This document shows positions 41,279-51,766 of a stretch of 64,000 nt of DNA, piece after piece. Origin of the DNA: an uncultured delta proteobacterium (GTDB lineage: Bacteria; Myxococcota_A; Polyangia; Polyangiales; Polyangiaceae); contig CAVOKF010000003.1 in NCBI GenBank assembly GCA_963696385.1, forward strand, positions 608,001 to 672,000, written 5' to 3'. Made by a program: the position numbers and the translations under genes. Position 1 is the stretch's first letter. Every line of letters starts with the position of its first letter. The notes beneath the pieces are model-generated. The model had not been told where the DNA came from, ran no database searches, and saw only the letters and a program-made list of their open reading frames with translations.

Positions 41279-43060
41279 ATGCCGTCGCTTTCGGTCATCC
41301 ATCGTATTTCGATCCCGGCGCCCGCCACGCATCTCGTCCACGTGGAAACTACGGTGTTCGATGCGCGCGACCGGTTGCCGGACGTCCTCGTCGCGTTCAT
41401 GGCCGTGTGGACCCCCGGATCCTATCTCGTGCGCGAATACGCGCGGCATGTTGAGAGCTTCGCGGCAGAGGCCCCAGCGCGCGCTTCGAAGGTTCGGAAG
41501 AATGCATGGCGGATCGAAACTGGAGACGGCTCGCGGGTAGTCGTCCGGTACCGCGTTTACGCAGGCGAGCTCACCGTGCGCACCAGTCACGTCGACGACT
41601 CGCACGCGTTTTTGGTCGGCGCCGCGCTCTTTCTCGCCATCGAGGGGTATGAGGGGGCAGGGGCGCGAGTCGAAATCGCAGCGCCGGCCGGCTGGCGTGT
41701 GGCGACCTCTCTGCGTCGATCCACCGGCGCCGAAAACGTGCACGTGCTGGAGGCTCCTGATTTCGAGACACTCGTCGACTCGCCGATCGAGATTGGCACG
41801 CATCGCAGCGAATCTTTCGACGTGCTCGGCAAGCCACACCGCTACACCATATGCCCCGAGCGAGCGATAAGCTCCACGGATCTCAAGCGACTCGTCGACG
41901 ACACGAGGACGATCGTCGAAACCGAGGCCAACCTGTTCGGCGGGAAACTTCCGTACGAAGAATACGATTTGATTCTTCATCTCTCGACCCGCGCCCGGGG
42001 TGGACTGGAGCATCGATCGAGCGCCGCCCTCATCGCTCCCGCAAGCAGTTTCGTCAGCCGCGATGGGTATCTGGACCTGCTTTCCCTCGTCGCTCATGAG
42101 TTGTTCCACGTCTGGAACGCAAAACTCATTCGCCCCGCCGGGCTGTGGCCCTATCGTTATCAGGAGGAGTGCTACACGCGCCTTCTCTGGTGGTTCGAGG
42201 GCGCGACGAGCTACTACGATTGGCGCGTCCTGGCGCTGTCACGCCTCTGCACGCTGGAAGAGTATCTCGATCACCTCGGCGCGGAGATCGCTTACTTGGA
42301 CCACACGCACGGGCGACTCGTCCAGTCGCTCGAAGAGGCGAGTTACGATGCGTGGATCAAGCTCTATCGACCCGACGAAAACTCTTCGAACGCCAGCGTG
42401 AGCTATTATCGAAAGGGGGAAGTCGTTTGCGCATTGCTCGACATCGAGCTTCGCGCGCGCACGGGCGGTGAAGCGACTCTCGAAGCCGTCGTCAAGCACC
42501 TGTGGGAAGAAGTCGGTTTGCGCGGACGACCCGTTCCAGAAGACGGTATGCAGTCGATTCTCGAGGGTGTCGCGAAAACGCCGCTGGCCGACCTGTTCGA
42601 AGCGTGGATCCGTACCCCCGGCGAGATCGATTACGCGGCCACACTCGCGCGCGTGGGACTGTCTGTCGAGCGGACGTCGCGTCCGGACGCGCCGCCGGCT
42701 TCGCTCGGCGTGCGGCTGCGATCCGATGCCGGTCGAACGGTAGTCGCGACCGTGATGCGGGAATCGTCCGCAGATCGAGCGGGGATCAGCGCCGGCGACG
42801 AGCTCGTAGCGATCGACGGAGTCCGCATCGACGGTGCGAATATCGACGCGCCCCTGCGAGCTACGCGGGCCGGGCAGTCGATCGACGTCGCGCTCGTGCG
42901 CGACGGTCGCTTGATCCATGTGAGCGCCGGGCTGGATCCGCCACGGCTCGATCGCGTGAAAATAGTCGGGCAGCGTGATCCGACGCCCGGCGCGCGCGAG
43001 GCCTTCACGGCCTGGCTCGGGCACCCCTGGCCCCCGGCCCGATCGAGGATGTCGCCGTGA
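41279..43060 (+). CDS. M61 glycyl aminopeptidase with PDZ domain
   Basis: WTPGSY, GGLEH, HELFHVWN, WFEGATSYY and SYYRKG; C-terminal PDZ. Confidence 0.92.
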   Translation: MPSLSVIHRISIPAPATHLVHVETTVFDARDRLPDVLVAFMAVWTPGSYLVREYARHVESFAAEAPARASKVRKNAWRIETGDGSRVVVRYRVYAGELTVRTSHVDDSHAFLVGAALFLAIEGYEGAGARVEIAAPAGWRVATSLRRSTGAENVHVLEAPDFETLVDSPIEIGTHRSESFDVLGKPHRYTICPERAISSTDLKRLVDDTRTIVETEANLFGGKLPYEEYDLILHLSTRARGGLEHRSSAALIAPASSFVSRDGYLDLLSLVAHELFHVWNAKLIRPAGLWPYRYQEECYTRLLWWFEGATSYYDWRVLALSRLCTLEEYLDHLGAEIAYLDHTHGRLVQSLEEASYDAWIKLYRPDENSSNASVSYYRKGEVVCALLDIELRARTGGEATLEAVVKHLWEEVGLRGRPVPEDGMQSILEGVAKTPLADLFEAWIRTPGEIDYAATLARVGLSVERTSRPDAPPASLGVRLRSDAGRTVVATVMRESSADRAGISAGDELVAIDGVRIDGANIDAPLRATRAGQSIDVALVRDGRLIHVSAGLDPPRLDRVKIVGQRDPTPGAREAFTAWLGHPWPPARSRMSP

Positions 43061-43542
43061 GCGGCCTAGGACCCAAGTCACGGGCCGCATCGCTCACCGA
43101 AATGACCGAATACGTCTTGCCGCCACACGCAAACCTCTTCGGCACGGTTTTCGGTGGCCAGATCATGGCATGGATCGACATTTGCGCGGCCGTATGTGCC
43201 CAGCGCCACGCCGGCCGACCGTGCGTCACGGCCTTCGTCGACGACATGATGTTCAAGCGCCCCGTTCGTGTAGGACAGGTGGTTCGGCTCCGCGCCCAAC
43301 TCGTGGCAACCTTCCGGACATCGATGGAAATCGAGGTGAGCGTGTGGGGCGAGGACATGTCGACGGGTGAGGACTGGCCTACCGTCGACTGTCGAACGAC
43401 TTTCGTGGCGATGAACGACGCGCGCATGCCGACGTTGGTGCCGCCGCTGATTCTCGAGTCCGAAGAGGACCGGGCGGCGCACGCCGCCGCGGAGGAACGG
43501 CGGCGAGTGCGGCTGGCAAAGCGGCTGCGATCGCCGGTTTAG
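43057..43542 (+). CDS. Acyl-CoA thioesterase (hotdog fold, YciA-like)
   Basis: LPPHANLFGTVFGGQIMAWID, CVTA and RTSMEI. Confidence 0.92.
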   Translation: MSGLGPKSRAASLTEMTEYVLPPHANLFGTVFGGQIMAWIDICAAVCAQRHAGRPCVTAFVDDMMFKRPVRVGQVVRLRAQLVATFRTSMEIEVSVWGEDMSTGEDWPTVDCRTTFVAMNDARMPTLVPPLILESEEDRAAHAAAEERRRVRLAKRLRSPV

Positions 43543-43616
43543 CGCGCGGTACTCGCGCAAAGACGGCCAGGTCGCGCAGCGCACGGCGCCCTACCTCGGA
43601 TGGGCTCGCGGTCGGT

Positions 43617-44837
43617 TCACGCCAAGAGCGCGCGCGCACGAGTAGCAGCGATCTGCGCTGCGCCCTGGGTCACCACTTTACCGAGCCTTAGCCGATGAAC
43701 GCGCTGGGCTGCAAAGGACTGTGCCCCGACGAACAGCGCATCCGGACACCGGACGACGAAGCGCTCGAGGTCTCGGCGAGAGGGTCCGTAGAAGATCTGG
43801 ATAAACTGTGCACGGGCGCGAAGGTCTCGGGCGAGCCGTGATCCCTTCATCTCATCGTCCCAGTCGCAAACGTCGATCGATCCTTCAGGGTCGCGCTGGA
43901 AGGATCGCGCAAGATAGCGACCGGCCAGCACGCCGTATTCGATCGCTTGCGCAATCCCCTCGCCCGTGGCGGCATCGATTCCTGCCGCTTCGCCCACCAG
44001 CATTCGCCCACCGCGTGCGAGCCGCGTCGCAGGCTCGAAGCCTCGCTCCGCGTAACGCTTCTTCGCGTACACACGCGGATCGAGGCCGAGAGCTCGAAGC
44101 CGTGCGTCGAGCAGCGTTCCGAGTTCCTGCGTCGGCTCCTGATGCTGCGCGTCGGGCCCGATGACTTTCAGCCGGTACACCCCGCGAGACACGAGGGGGC
44201 GACCCGCGACGATCGTCGGAAAATCCCAAGCGTACCCGGCAAGAGTGGGGTCGGTCGCGTCGAAGTGCAAGAGGGCGCGATTGCGATCCCCTGCCATCGG
44301 CTCCGTGTCGACCTCGACGACTTGTGCGCGCAGCCTGCCCCAGCCTATCCCGAGGGACCGGCGAACCACGCTCCCGACCCCGTCGCAACCTACGACGACA
44401 CGGGTCCGGAGACATCCCGCGCTCGTCTCCAAGAGAACTCCGGCCGGACCCTCGTCGCGCATGCCTTGTACACAAACGCGATCGCGCACCTCAACACCCC
44501 GCGACGCTGCGGCTCGCGCGAGCGCGTGGTCGAATTCGCGCCGCCGAACGACGCGGCCGATGGCTCCCGGTGACGCCGACGACTCCCCTCGAGTTGCCCG
44601 AAACGAGATCCCGTCGATGGGCACCGACTCCCCGTCGAATCTCACTCCCATGGCGCCCAGCAGGACGTCGCCGCGGCCGCCCAATGCGCCGGCGCAGGGC
44701 TTGTCACGCGGATACCCGGCTTTTTCGAGGAGAACGACACGGTGCGCCATCGCAGGCGCCGAGTGCGCCAGCGCAAGCGCCGTTGCGGCACCGGCTGGGC
44801 CGCCACCGACGATGACGACATCCGCGTCGAACCCCAT
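43617..44837 (-). CDS. FAD-dependent oxidoreductase, geranylgeranyl reductase family
   Basis: DVVIVGGGPAG, EK..YPRDKPCAG, VGCDG, YAWDFP and VGEAAG...GEGI. Confidence 0.85.
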   Translation of the reverse strand: MGFDADVVIVGGGPAGAATALALAHSAPAMAHRVVLLEKAGYPRDKPCAGALGGRGDVLLGAMGVRFDGESVPIDGISFRATRGESSASPGAIGRVVRRREFDHALARAAASRGVEVRDRVCVQGMRDEGPAGVLLETSAGCLRTRVVVGCDGVGSVVRRSLGIGWGRLRAQVVEVDTEPMAGDRNRALLHFDATDPTLAGYAWDFPTIVAGRPLVSRGVYRLKVIGPDAQHQEPTQELGTLLDARLRALGLDPRVYAKKRYAERGFEPATRLARGGRMLVGEAAGIDAATGEGIAQAIEYGVLAGRYLARSFQRDPEGSIDVCDWDDEMKGSRLARDLRARAQFIQIFYGPSRRDLERFVVRCPDALFVGAQSFAAQRVHRLRLGKVVTQGAAQIAATRARALLA

Positions 44838-45060
44838 CAAGGCGCTCTTACCGACGCTCGGAGGCGAGCTCGTCGTACAACGAGGAGTGCCGGACGTCGC
44901 CCCGTACCAGTGGATTGGCGAGAGGCGCGGCGTCGAGCCATGCCGAGAGGACACACGGGAAGCACGACGGCGGCGACGTTTAGCGGTCCCTCGCGCGGAT
45001 CGCCAGCGGACCCTGCCCACGAACGCGCCGCAGGCGTGCTAAGGTCGCCGCGCAAGAGCG

Positions 45061-47139
45061 ATGATCCCAGCATCGGATCCCGCCTTGGACGCGACCGCAA
45101 CGGCCGAGATGGCTGCGGATGCAAGTCCCCCGGCTTTGCGGGTGACCTGCGAGCACGCCGAGCGATGCGGCGGCTGCCCCCTGATCGGCTTACCGTACGC
45201 TGACCAGCTCGTCCTCAAGCGCGGAAGAGTCGTCCAGGGCGCTAGGAGGTATCCGGCCCTCGAGCTCGTGCACACGGAGCGGGTCCTGCCGGCACATCCG
45301 TTGGTCGGCTATCGCATCCGGGCGAAGCTCATCGTGGCTCCGGGCGCGAAGGTCGGGTTGTTCGCGAAGGGCGGGGGCCACCAGATCATCGACATACCGA
45401 AATGTCGCGTGCTCGCCCCCGCTCTCGCACGGGTTGCCGCCTACCTTCGCCGACGGATGGAGTCGGAGCATTCCGGCGGAGCCTTCGATCCATTCGATCC
45501 CACAGGTCCCGGCTCGCTTCGCGCCGTCGACTTGCGCGAAGCGCGTAACGACGGGGTAACCCGCGTCCTGGTGACATTCGTCGTGCAATTGCCCCGGCAG
45601 GCCGACCTTTCGGCTTGGGTGATCGCGGCGGAAGACATGATGCGCGAGCTCCCGGACGTCGTCGGCGTTGCGGCCAACCTGCACACCGGCGACAGCCCTC
45701 AGGTACTCGGCTCCCACACGGTCCCCCTCGCGGGGGTGTCCTCGACTCCAGACCGGATTGGCAGGTCCGTCCACTTGGCGACCTTCGGTTCGTTCGTTCA
45801 GGTCCATCGAGGTCAGGCCGAGCGCGTGCAACGGCTCCTGGCCGCAGCGGTTGCGTCGTTGAATCCGAGCGGCCGCGCGCCACGGGTGCTCGATCTCTAC
45901 GGGGGCTCGGGTGGGATCGCGCTCGGTCTCGCGGCAGCCGGCGCGAGCGTACGACTGGTCGAGTCCTTTGCGCCCGCGACTGCACAAGCGCGCCAGGCCG
46001 CACGAGAACAGTCGCTCGACGTCGATGTTCATTGTTCCGACGTCGCCACGGCGCTTCGCTCGTTTTACGAGCGCGCGGAACACTTTGACGCGGCAGTCGT
46101 GAACCCACCACGACGAGGAATGAGTCCTCAGGCGCGCGAGTCGCTCGCGCGCCTTGCGCCATCGCTCGTCGCCTACGTTTCATGCGACCCGGAGACGCTT
46201 GCACGCGACCTCGATCACTTCTCTCGGCTCGGCTACGACACCACCTCCCTGCGACCGCTCGACATGATTCCGCTCACGGACGAAGTCGAAACTATTGCAG
46301 TACTTCGCCGTGGAGGCATCCCGGTCCCGCGCGTCGCTTACGAGAACGACGAGGTCATCGTCGTCGACAAGAGCGCTCACGAACCGACGATGCCCCAGGG
46401 GGAGTACGCGTCGTCGCTCCTTACCCGTGCCCGGAGGCTGCCTGGAGCGCAGAATGCCGTCGCCGTGCACCGGCTCGACGTGGGGACGAGCGGGCTCGTC
46501 GTGCTCACGCGGCGCCCGGAGCATTTGGCCAAGTGGAAGCGAACGATATTCGCGCCAACGACGCGTACGATCTATGCGGCTGGGGTCCGCGGGGTGACTC
46601 CATCGAAAGGGACGGTGACGCGCGACCTGCGCGAAGAGGGCGCGCCACACCCGGCCCGAACCCGCTACAGACGCTTCACCATCGCCTCCGGGCACAGCAT
46701 CCTGCGCGTCGTTCCCGATCGTGAGAGGACTCACCAGATCCGCCGCCACTTGGCGTCGATCGGCCATCCCGTCCTCGGCGATGTACGCTACGGCCATGGA
46801 CTGACGAATCGGCACTTCGAGGAGAAGCGCGGCCTCGATCGAACGTTCCTGCACTTGGTCCGTCTGGAGTTCGACGATCCGGATACGGCGACTCGAGTCG
46901 TGGTCGAGTCGCCGTTACCCGGCGATCTTTGCTCGGTGCTCGAGCGCATCATCGGCCCGGATACGATCGGGCTTCTGGAACACGACAACTTCATGGGCAC
47001 GGCCCGAGCGTCCAGCGCGCCTCCCGCCGACACGGAGGTCCTGCCGGGATCCGAGACTCCCCTCGACGTCGACGCCCGCTTTCGCACGATTCGGCCCGAA
47101 CTGACCGATGACGAGGCGTCGGCCGCCGACGAATGCTGA
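45061..47139 (+). CDS. Fusion of RlmC/RlmD-type RNA (uracil-C5)-methyltransferase and RluA-family pseudouridine synthase
   Basis: N-half: CEHAERCGGC, SFVQ, VLDLYGGSG, NPPRRG, YVSCDP and DMIPLTDEVE. C-half: VVDK, HRLDVGTSG, RTHQIRRHLASIGHPVLGD..YG and FLH. Confidence 0.9.
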   Translation: MIPASDPALDATATAEMAADASPPALRVTCEHAERCGGCPLIGLPYADQLVLKRGRVVQGARRYPALELVHTERVLPAHPLVGYRIRAKLIVAPGAKVGLFAKGGGHQIIDIPKCRVLAPALARVAAYLRRRMESEHSGGAFDPFDPTGPGSLRAVDLREARNDGVTRVLVTFVVQLPRQADLSAWVIAAEDMMRELPDVVGVAANLHTGDSPQVLGSHTVPLAGVSSTPDRIGRSVHLATFGSFVQVHRGQAERVQRLLAAAVASLNPSGRAPRVLDLYGGSGGIALGLAAAGASVRLVESFAPATAQARQAAREQSLDVDVHCSDVATALRSFYERAEHFDAAVVNPPRRGMSPQARESLARLAPSLVAYVSCDPETLARDLDHFSRLGYDTTSLRPLDMIPLTDEVETIAVLRRGGIPVPRVAYENDEVIVVDKSAHEPTMPQGEYASSLLTRARRLPGAQNAVAVHRLDVGTSGLVVLTRRPEHLAKWKRTIFAPTTRTIYAAGVRGVTPSKGTVTRDLREEGAPHPARTRYRRFTIASGHSILRVVPDRERTHQIRRHLASIGHPVLGDVRYGHGLTNRHFEEKRGLDRTFLHLVRLEFDDPDTATRVVVESPLPGDLCSVLERIIGPDTIGLLEHDNFMGTARASSAPPADTEVLPGSETPLDVDARFRTIRPELTDDEASAADEC

Positions 47140-47170
47140 GGCACGGCGAGCCCCATCCAGGCCCGAGCGT

Positions 47171-47386
47171 TCACGGATCGCTTCGGACGGCGCCAAGCTC
47201 GGTGCACAAGTCGTCGAGGACCGCATCGAGTTCGCGCATTCGTTCCACCGGGGCCGCCACCACCAAGTCGCCGCCATGGTCGGCATGGATGCCCGCCAGG
47301 CCATCGCAGGCCTCCACGACTCCCTTGAAGTACACGACGTCACGGGCACGCAAAATGACCCGTCGGACGACCATCCCCTCTCCCAT
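47171..47386 (-). CDS. Small DUF4911-like protein
   Basis: DVVYFKGVVEACDGLA motif resembles DUF4911. Start is uncertain. Confidence 0.6.
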   Translation of the reverse strand: MGEGMVVRRVILRARDVVYFKGVVEACDGLAGIHADHGGDLVVAAPVERMRELDAVLDDLCTELGAVRSDP

Positions 47387-47607
47387 GCAGGCTGCGGTCG
47401 GTCTCAGGAGCACGATCGCGATACTCTCACGTCTTGACGGGGCGGACCGGCCCTTCGCCGTCGGCCCCGCCTTCACGGCTTCGCTGGCGGTGCAAACGCG
47501 AATTGACGCCCCGGGCGCCCCGCGCTCGCGGGCTGCCGCTTCCGCCCCAATAAACCGTGGGCGAACACCGCGAGCGCACGCTAAGGTCTTGGCCGCGGAG
47601 AGCGGAC

Positions 47608-48165
47608 ATGATCCAGGACATGCAAAAGGAGCTGGGGGCCTCGCTCGCGAAATCGCATGATGCGCTCAAGCGCGAGCTCACCAAGCTTCGTGCCGGCCGG
47701 GCCAGCGCCTCGCTGCTCGACGGCATTCGAGCCGACTACTACGGCACCCCCACGGCTCTGGCGCAGATGGCTCACATCAACGTACCGGAACCGCGTCTCA
47801 TCGTTGTGAAACCTTGGGACAAAACCCAAATTAAAGCCGTCGAGAAGGCGCTACGTGAAAGCGATCTGGGCCTGAGCCCGCAAGTCGATGGAGACCTCAT
47901 TCGGGTTCCGCTGCCGCCGCTCACCGAGGAGCGTCGGCGGGAGTTCGTCAAAATTGCTCGCAAGTACGGCGAAGAATGTAAGGTCGCAATTCGGAAGTCT
48001 CGCCATGACGCACTCGACCTTCTCGGACAGCTCGAGGCCGAGGGCGAATCGAGCGCAGACGAGGTCGACCGCGCGAAGAAAAAGGTCGAAGAACTCGTCC
48101 AGGACGCCGTCAAGCACGTGGATGCGATCATTGCGAACAAGGAAAAAGACATTCTCGAGGTCTAG
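47608..48165 (+). CDS. frr: Ribosome recycling factor
   Basis: LRAGRA, DYYGTPT, PPLTEERRRE and KEKDILEV. Confidence 0.97.
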   Translation: MIQDMQKELGASLAKSHDALKRELTKLRAGRASASLLDGIRADYYGTPTALAQMAHINVPEPRLIVVKPWDKTQIKAVEKALRESDLGLSPQVDGDLIRVPLPPLTEERRREFVKIARKYGEECKVAIRKSRHDALDLLGQLEAEGESSADEVDRAKKKVEELVQDAVKHVDAIIANKEKDILEV

Positions 48166-48267
48166 TGCTCTGCTTGACCGTCTTGGCCGGGAGCGCAGCG
48201 GTCTCGCGCGCTTGACACGCCATGGGGCGGGTGAAAGGCTTTTCGTGTTGGAGGTTTCGGCGCTTTG

Positions 48268-49119
48268 ATGCGGGCAGTCGCGGCCGGGCTGAGCGACGTG
48301 GGGCTCCAGCGCGAGCACAACGAGGATTCGTTCGTCGTTCTCAAGGAGTACGACCTGTTCGTGGTAGCGGATGGCATGGGCGGGCACCGCGCCGGTGACG
48401 TTGCCTCGCGCATCGCCACCGAAACGATTTCCGAGTTCTTTCGCACGACCGCCAACGAGGACATCACCTGGCCGTTCCATTTCGATACGAACTTGAGTGA
48501 GGAGGAGAACCGGCTGCTTACGGGCATTCGCGTTGCAAACCGGCAAATTTTCGAGCGGTCAACGCGTTCGCGCGAGTGCCACGGAATGGGAACGACCGTG
48601 GTGGGCGCGATGTTCAGCCCCAAGAAAGGCCGCATGTTCATCGGACACGTCGGCGACTCACGTTGCTACCGGGTCCGGCACGGCGCGATTCAACTGCTGA
48701 CCCGCGACCACTCGCTCATCAACGATTACCTCTCGGCCATGCCCGATTTGACCGACGAGCAGCGAAACGAACTGCCCAAGAACGTCATTACGCGCGCGCT
48801 CGGAATGCAGGACCACGTCGTCGTGGACCTCCAGCACGACGATCCCCTCGCCCACGACGTTTATGTGCTCTGTTCCGATGGACTCAGCGGCATGGTCGGC
48901 GACGATGAGATCGAGCAAATCATCGCCGGAACGAGCGATGTCCGAGAGGCGTGCCGGCGCCTCATTCAGCGCGCCAATGAGCGCGGTGGCGAAGACAACA
49001 TCACGGCCATTCTTATCAAGATCGAAAATTCCGAGGATGCCTCGGACGCGTCCACCCGGCAGGAGACGCACGGCGGCGCGAGTGCGAATCCGAAGCCCGA
49101 AAAGAAAGTCGGCACATAA
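48268..49119 (+). CDS. PP2C-family Ser/Thr phosphatase (Stp1/Pph1-like)
   Basis: REHNED, VADGMGGH, HVGDSR, LCSDGL and GGEDNIT. Confidence 0.95.
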   Translation: MRAVAAGLSDVGLQREHNEDSFVVLKEYDLFVVADGMGGHRAGDVASRIATETISEFFRTTANEDITWPFHFDTNLSEEENRLLTGIRVANRQIFERSTRSRECHGMGTTVVGAMFSPKKGRMFIGHVGDSRCYRVRHGAIQLLTRDHSLINDYLSAMPDLTDEQRNELPKNVITRALGMQDHVVVDLQHDDPLAHDVYVLCSDGLSGMVGDDEIEQIIAGTSDVREACRRLIQRANERGGEDNITAILIKIENSEDASDASTRQETHGGASANPKPEKKVGT

Positions 49120-49246
49120 CCGAGCTTCGCCTGGCGGCGCACACCCGCCGCCCCCTCCATGCCGAATCCTTGCGCGCACGGCTCCCGTCGATCGGGCGAG
49201 CGAAGCTTGACCATCGCTGGGCGAACGGCTATCCCGCGCGATCCCG

Positions 49247-49960
49247 ATGGTCAAAGCGATCTTCACGGTCCTCGGCGGCTTCTGCGTGTACGTCATGGCG
49301 ACGCTGTCGTACGCCGGTATCGCCGTGCTCATGGGGATCGAGAGCGCGTGCATCCCGCTGCCCAGTGAACTCATCATGCCGTATGCGGGAGCCTTGTCGC
49401 ATCCGGCCGTCGCCGCGGAGCTCGGCTCGCAATACGGCCTGACGTTGCCCGTGTTCAATCTTTTTTTTGCCGCCGTCGCAGGGGCGGTAGGCTGCAACCT
49501 GGGCAGCGAGGTGGCGTACTGGATCGGCGCAAAGGGCGGCCGGCCCGCCATCGAGAAATACGGCCGATACTTGCTCGTTTCGAAACACGAGATGGAACTG
49601 GCCGATCGCTGGTTCGATCGGCACGGGGAGATCATCATCTTCGTCGCACGGCTGCTCCCCGTCGTCCGCACGTTCATTGCGTTTCCTGCCGGCATTGCAC
49701 GAATGAACCGGACGAAATTTCACGTTTACACATTCCTCGGCTCGGTGCCCTGGTGCCTTGCTCTTGCGTACGTCGGACAGCAGCTCGGCGTCCGGTTGCT
49801 CGATGAGCACTCCCCCCTCAAGGGCTTCATGCACAAATTCGACGTCGTCATCGGGGCATCGATCGGTCTCGCCGTCGTCTATTTCGCTTGGTCTCGTGTA
49901 AACGTGTACCGTCAATACCGCGCAGAGGAGAGCGCAGCGGCGGCTGCCAAGACCGACTGA
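49247..49960 (+). CDS. DedA-family membrane protein
   Basis: [14 protein letters not shown] and [16 protein letters not shown]. Confidence 0.92.
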   Translation: MVKAIFTVLGGFCVYVMATLSYAGIAVLMGIESACIPLPSELIMPYAGALSHPAVAAELGSQYGLTLPVFNLFFAAVAGAVGCNLGSEVAYWIGAKGGRPAIEKYGRYLLVSKHEMELADRWFDRHGEIIIFVARLLPVVRTFIAFPAGIARMNRTKFHVYTFLGSVPWCLALAYVGQQLGVRLLDEHSPLKGFMHKFDVVIGASIGLAVVYFAWSRVNVYRQYRAEESAAAAAKTD

Positions 49961-50006
49961 GCCACGCTTTGTCAGGCCGGCATCCGGCCGGCGCTACACT
50001 CTTCAA

Positions 50007-51752
50007 ATGACCGACGTGCCCATCGCGGGGAGACCCAACCCCGACGACTACGTGTCCGACGGTGAGTCGCCCGTGAATCTGGAGATGATTCGCCGTGCCG
50101 TCGCCGCGTGGCGAGCGGGAACATTGGCCCAATCCGTCGCAAAAATGCCACCTCGACAGGCTCGCTTCTCGACATGGAGCGACGTCGAGGTGCCGGATGT
50201 CTTGACGCCCGCGGAAGTTCCTATCGACTACCTCCGGGACCTCGGCATGCCGGGCGAATACCCATTCGCGCGTGGTGTTCAGCCGACGATGTACCGCAGT
50301 CGGCTCTGGACCATGCGCATGTTCGCCGGGTTTGGCACGCCCGAACAGACCAATTCCCGTTTCAGGTATTTGCTCGCACAAGGTCAAACGGGCCTCTCGA
50401 CGGCGTTCGATTTCCCGACTCTCATGGGGTACGACAGCGACAGTCCCCGCGCGCTGGGCGAAGTCGGAATGTGCGGTGTCGCCGTCGATACGTTGCGCGA
50501 CATGGACGTCTTGTTCGCGGACATTCCGCTCGACGCCGTCACGACGTCGATGACCATCAACGGTCCCGCCGTCGTTTTGCTCGCGTTCTATGTGGCGCTG
50601 GCGGACGTGCGCGGAATCGCGCGCAGCTCGATCGGCGGAACGGTGCAAAACGACTGCCTGAAGGAGTTCATCGCGCAGCACGCATGGCTCGTGCCTCCCC
50701 GGCCGGCGATGCGAATCGTGACCGACATGATTGCGTTCTGCGCCCGTGAGGTCCCGCGCTGGAACACGGTGAGCGTCAGCGGATACCACATTCGTGAGGC
50801 CGGTGCGACGGCCAGTCAGGAGCTCGCATTCACGATCGCCGACGGGATCGCCTATGTGCAGAGCGGGATCGAACGCGGTCTCGACGTCGACGACTTCGCA
50901 CCGCGGATTTCTTTTTTTTTCGACGTGCACAACGATTTCTTCGAAGAAATCGCGAAATTTCGCGCCGCACGCCGAATGTGGGCGCGCATCCTAAAGGATC
51001 GCTTCGGCGCGACGAAGGCCGAAAGCATGAAACTTCGCACGCATGCGCAGACCGCCGGCGTTACGCTCACCGCTCAGCAGCCGCACAACAATGTCGTCCG
51101 CGTGGCGCTCCAGGCGCTGGCGGCGGTTCTCGGCGGCACGCAGTCGCTCCACACCAATTCCCTCGACGAAACGTATGCGTTACCGACCGAAGATGCGGTG
51201 ACGATCGCACTTCGAACGCAGCAAATTCTCGCCGAGGAGAGCGGCGTCGCGAGCACCGTCGACCCACTGGGTGGCTCCTGGTACGTCGAGCAGGCAACCG
51301 ACCGGATCGAGCGCGACGCGCTCGAGTACATCCGCCGGATCGACGAGTTGGGTGGCATGGTCAGCGCCATCGAGAAGGGATACCCGCAGCGCGAGGTGGC
51401 GGCGAGCGCGTACCGTCTCCAGCGGCAACTGGAAGCGGGTGAGCGCGTCGTCGTTGGAATCAATAAGTATGAGAGCGATCGGCTGCCTGCGATTCCGCTC
51501 CTTCGGATCGACGAGACAGTTTGCCGGACCCAGATCGACAACCTGAGGCGCGTGAAAGCCTCGCGGGACGCGTCGCGGGTCGAACGAGCGCTCGCCGCGG
51601 TGCGCATGGCAGCGGCGGCCGAACCGGGAACCTCAGGGGCCAACCTGATGCCACCCATCATCGAAGCGGCGAAGGCCTATTGCACCCAGCAGGAGATCTG
51701 CGACGTTCTGCGGAGCGTCTTCGGCACGTACAACGACCCGGCGGAATTCTGA
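50007..51752 (+). CDS. B12-dependent acyl-CoA mutase large subunit, isobutyryl-CoA mutase-like
   Basis: Mutase fold, but RMFAGF (Phe for Tyr) and [10 protein letters not shown] (Gln for Arg). Confidence 0.88.
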   Translation: MTDVPIAGRPNPDDYVSDGESPVNLEMIRRAVAAWRAGTLAQSVAKMPPRQARFSTWSDVEVPDVLTPAEVPIDYLRDLGMPGEYPFARGVQPTMYRSRLWTMRMFAGFGTPEQTNSRFRYLLAQGQTGLSTAFDFPTLMGYDSDSPRALGEVGMCGVAVDTLRDMDVLFADIPLDAVTTSMTINGPAVVLLAFYVALADVRGIARSSIGGTVQNDCLKEFIAQHAWLVPPRPAMRIVTDMIAFCAREVPRWNTVSVSGYHIREAGATASQELAFTIADGIAYVQSGIERGLDVDDFAPRISFFFDVHNDFFEEIAKFRAARRMWARILKDRFGATKAESMKLRTHAQTAGVTLTAQQPHNNVVRVALQALAAVLGGTQSLHTNSLDETYALPTEDAVTIALRTQQILAEESGVASTVDPLGGSWYVEQATDRIERDALEYIRRIDELGGMVSAIEKGYPQREVAASAYRLQRQLEAGERVVVGINKYESDRLPAIPLLRIDETVCRTQIDNLRRVKASRDASRVERALAAVRMAAAAEPGTSGANLMPPIIEAAKAYCTQQEICDVLRSVFGTYNDPAEF

Positions 51753-51766
51753 AGCCACGTGGACCG

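Noticed and set aside
50912..50920. T9 homopolymer in the second mutase (also T8 tracts in hemW and dedA) as phase-variation sites
   Set aside because: They encode conserved Phe-Phe residues (SFFF, SIFF, LFF) and the frames are intact.
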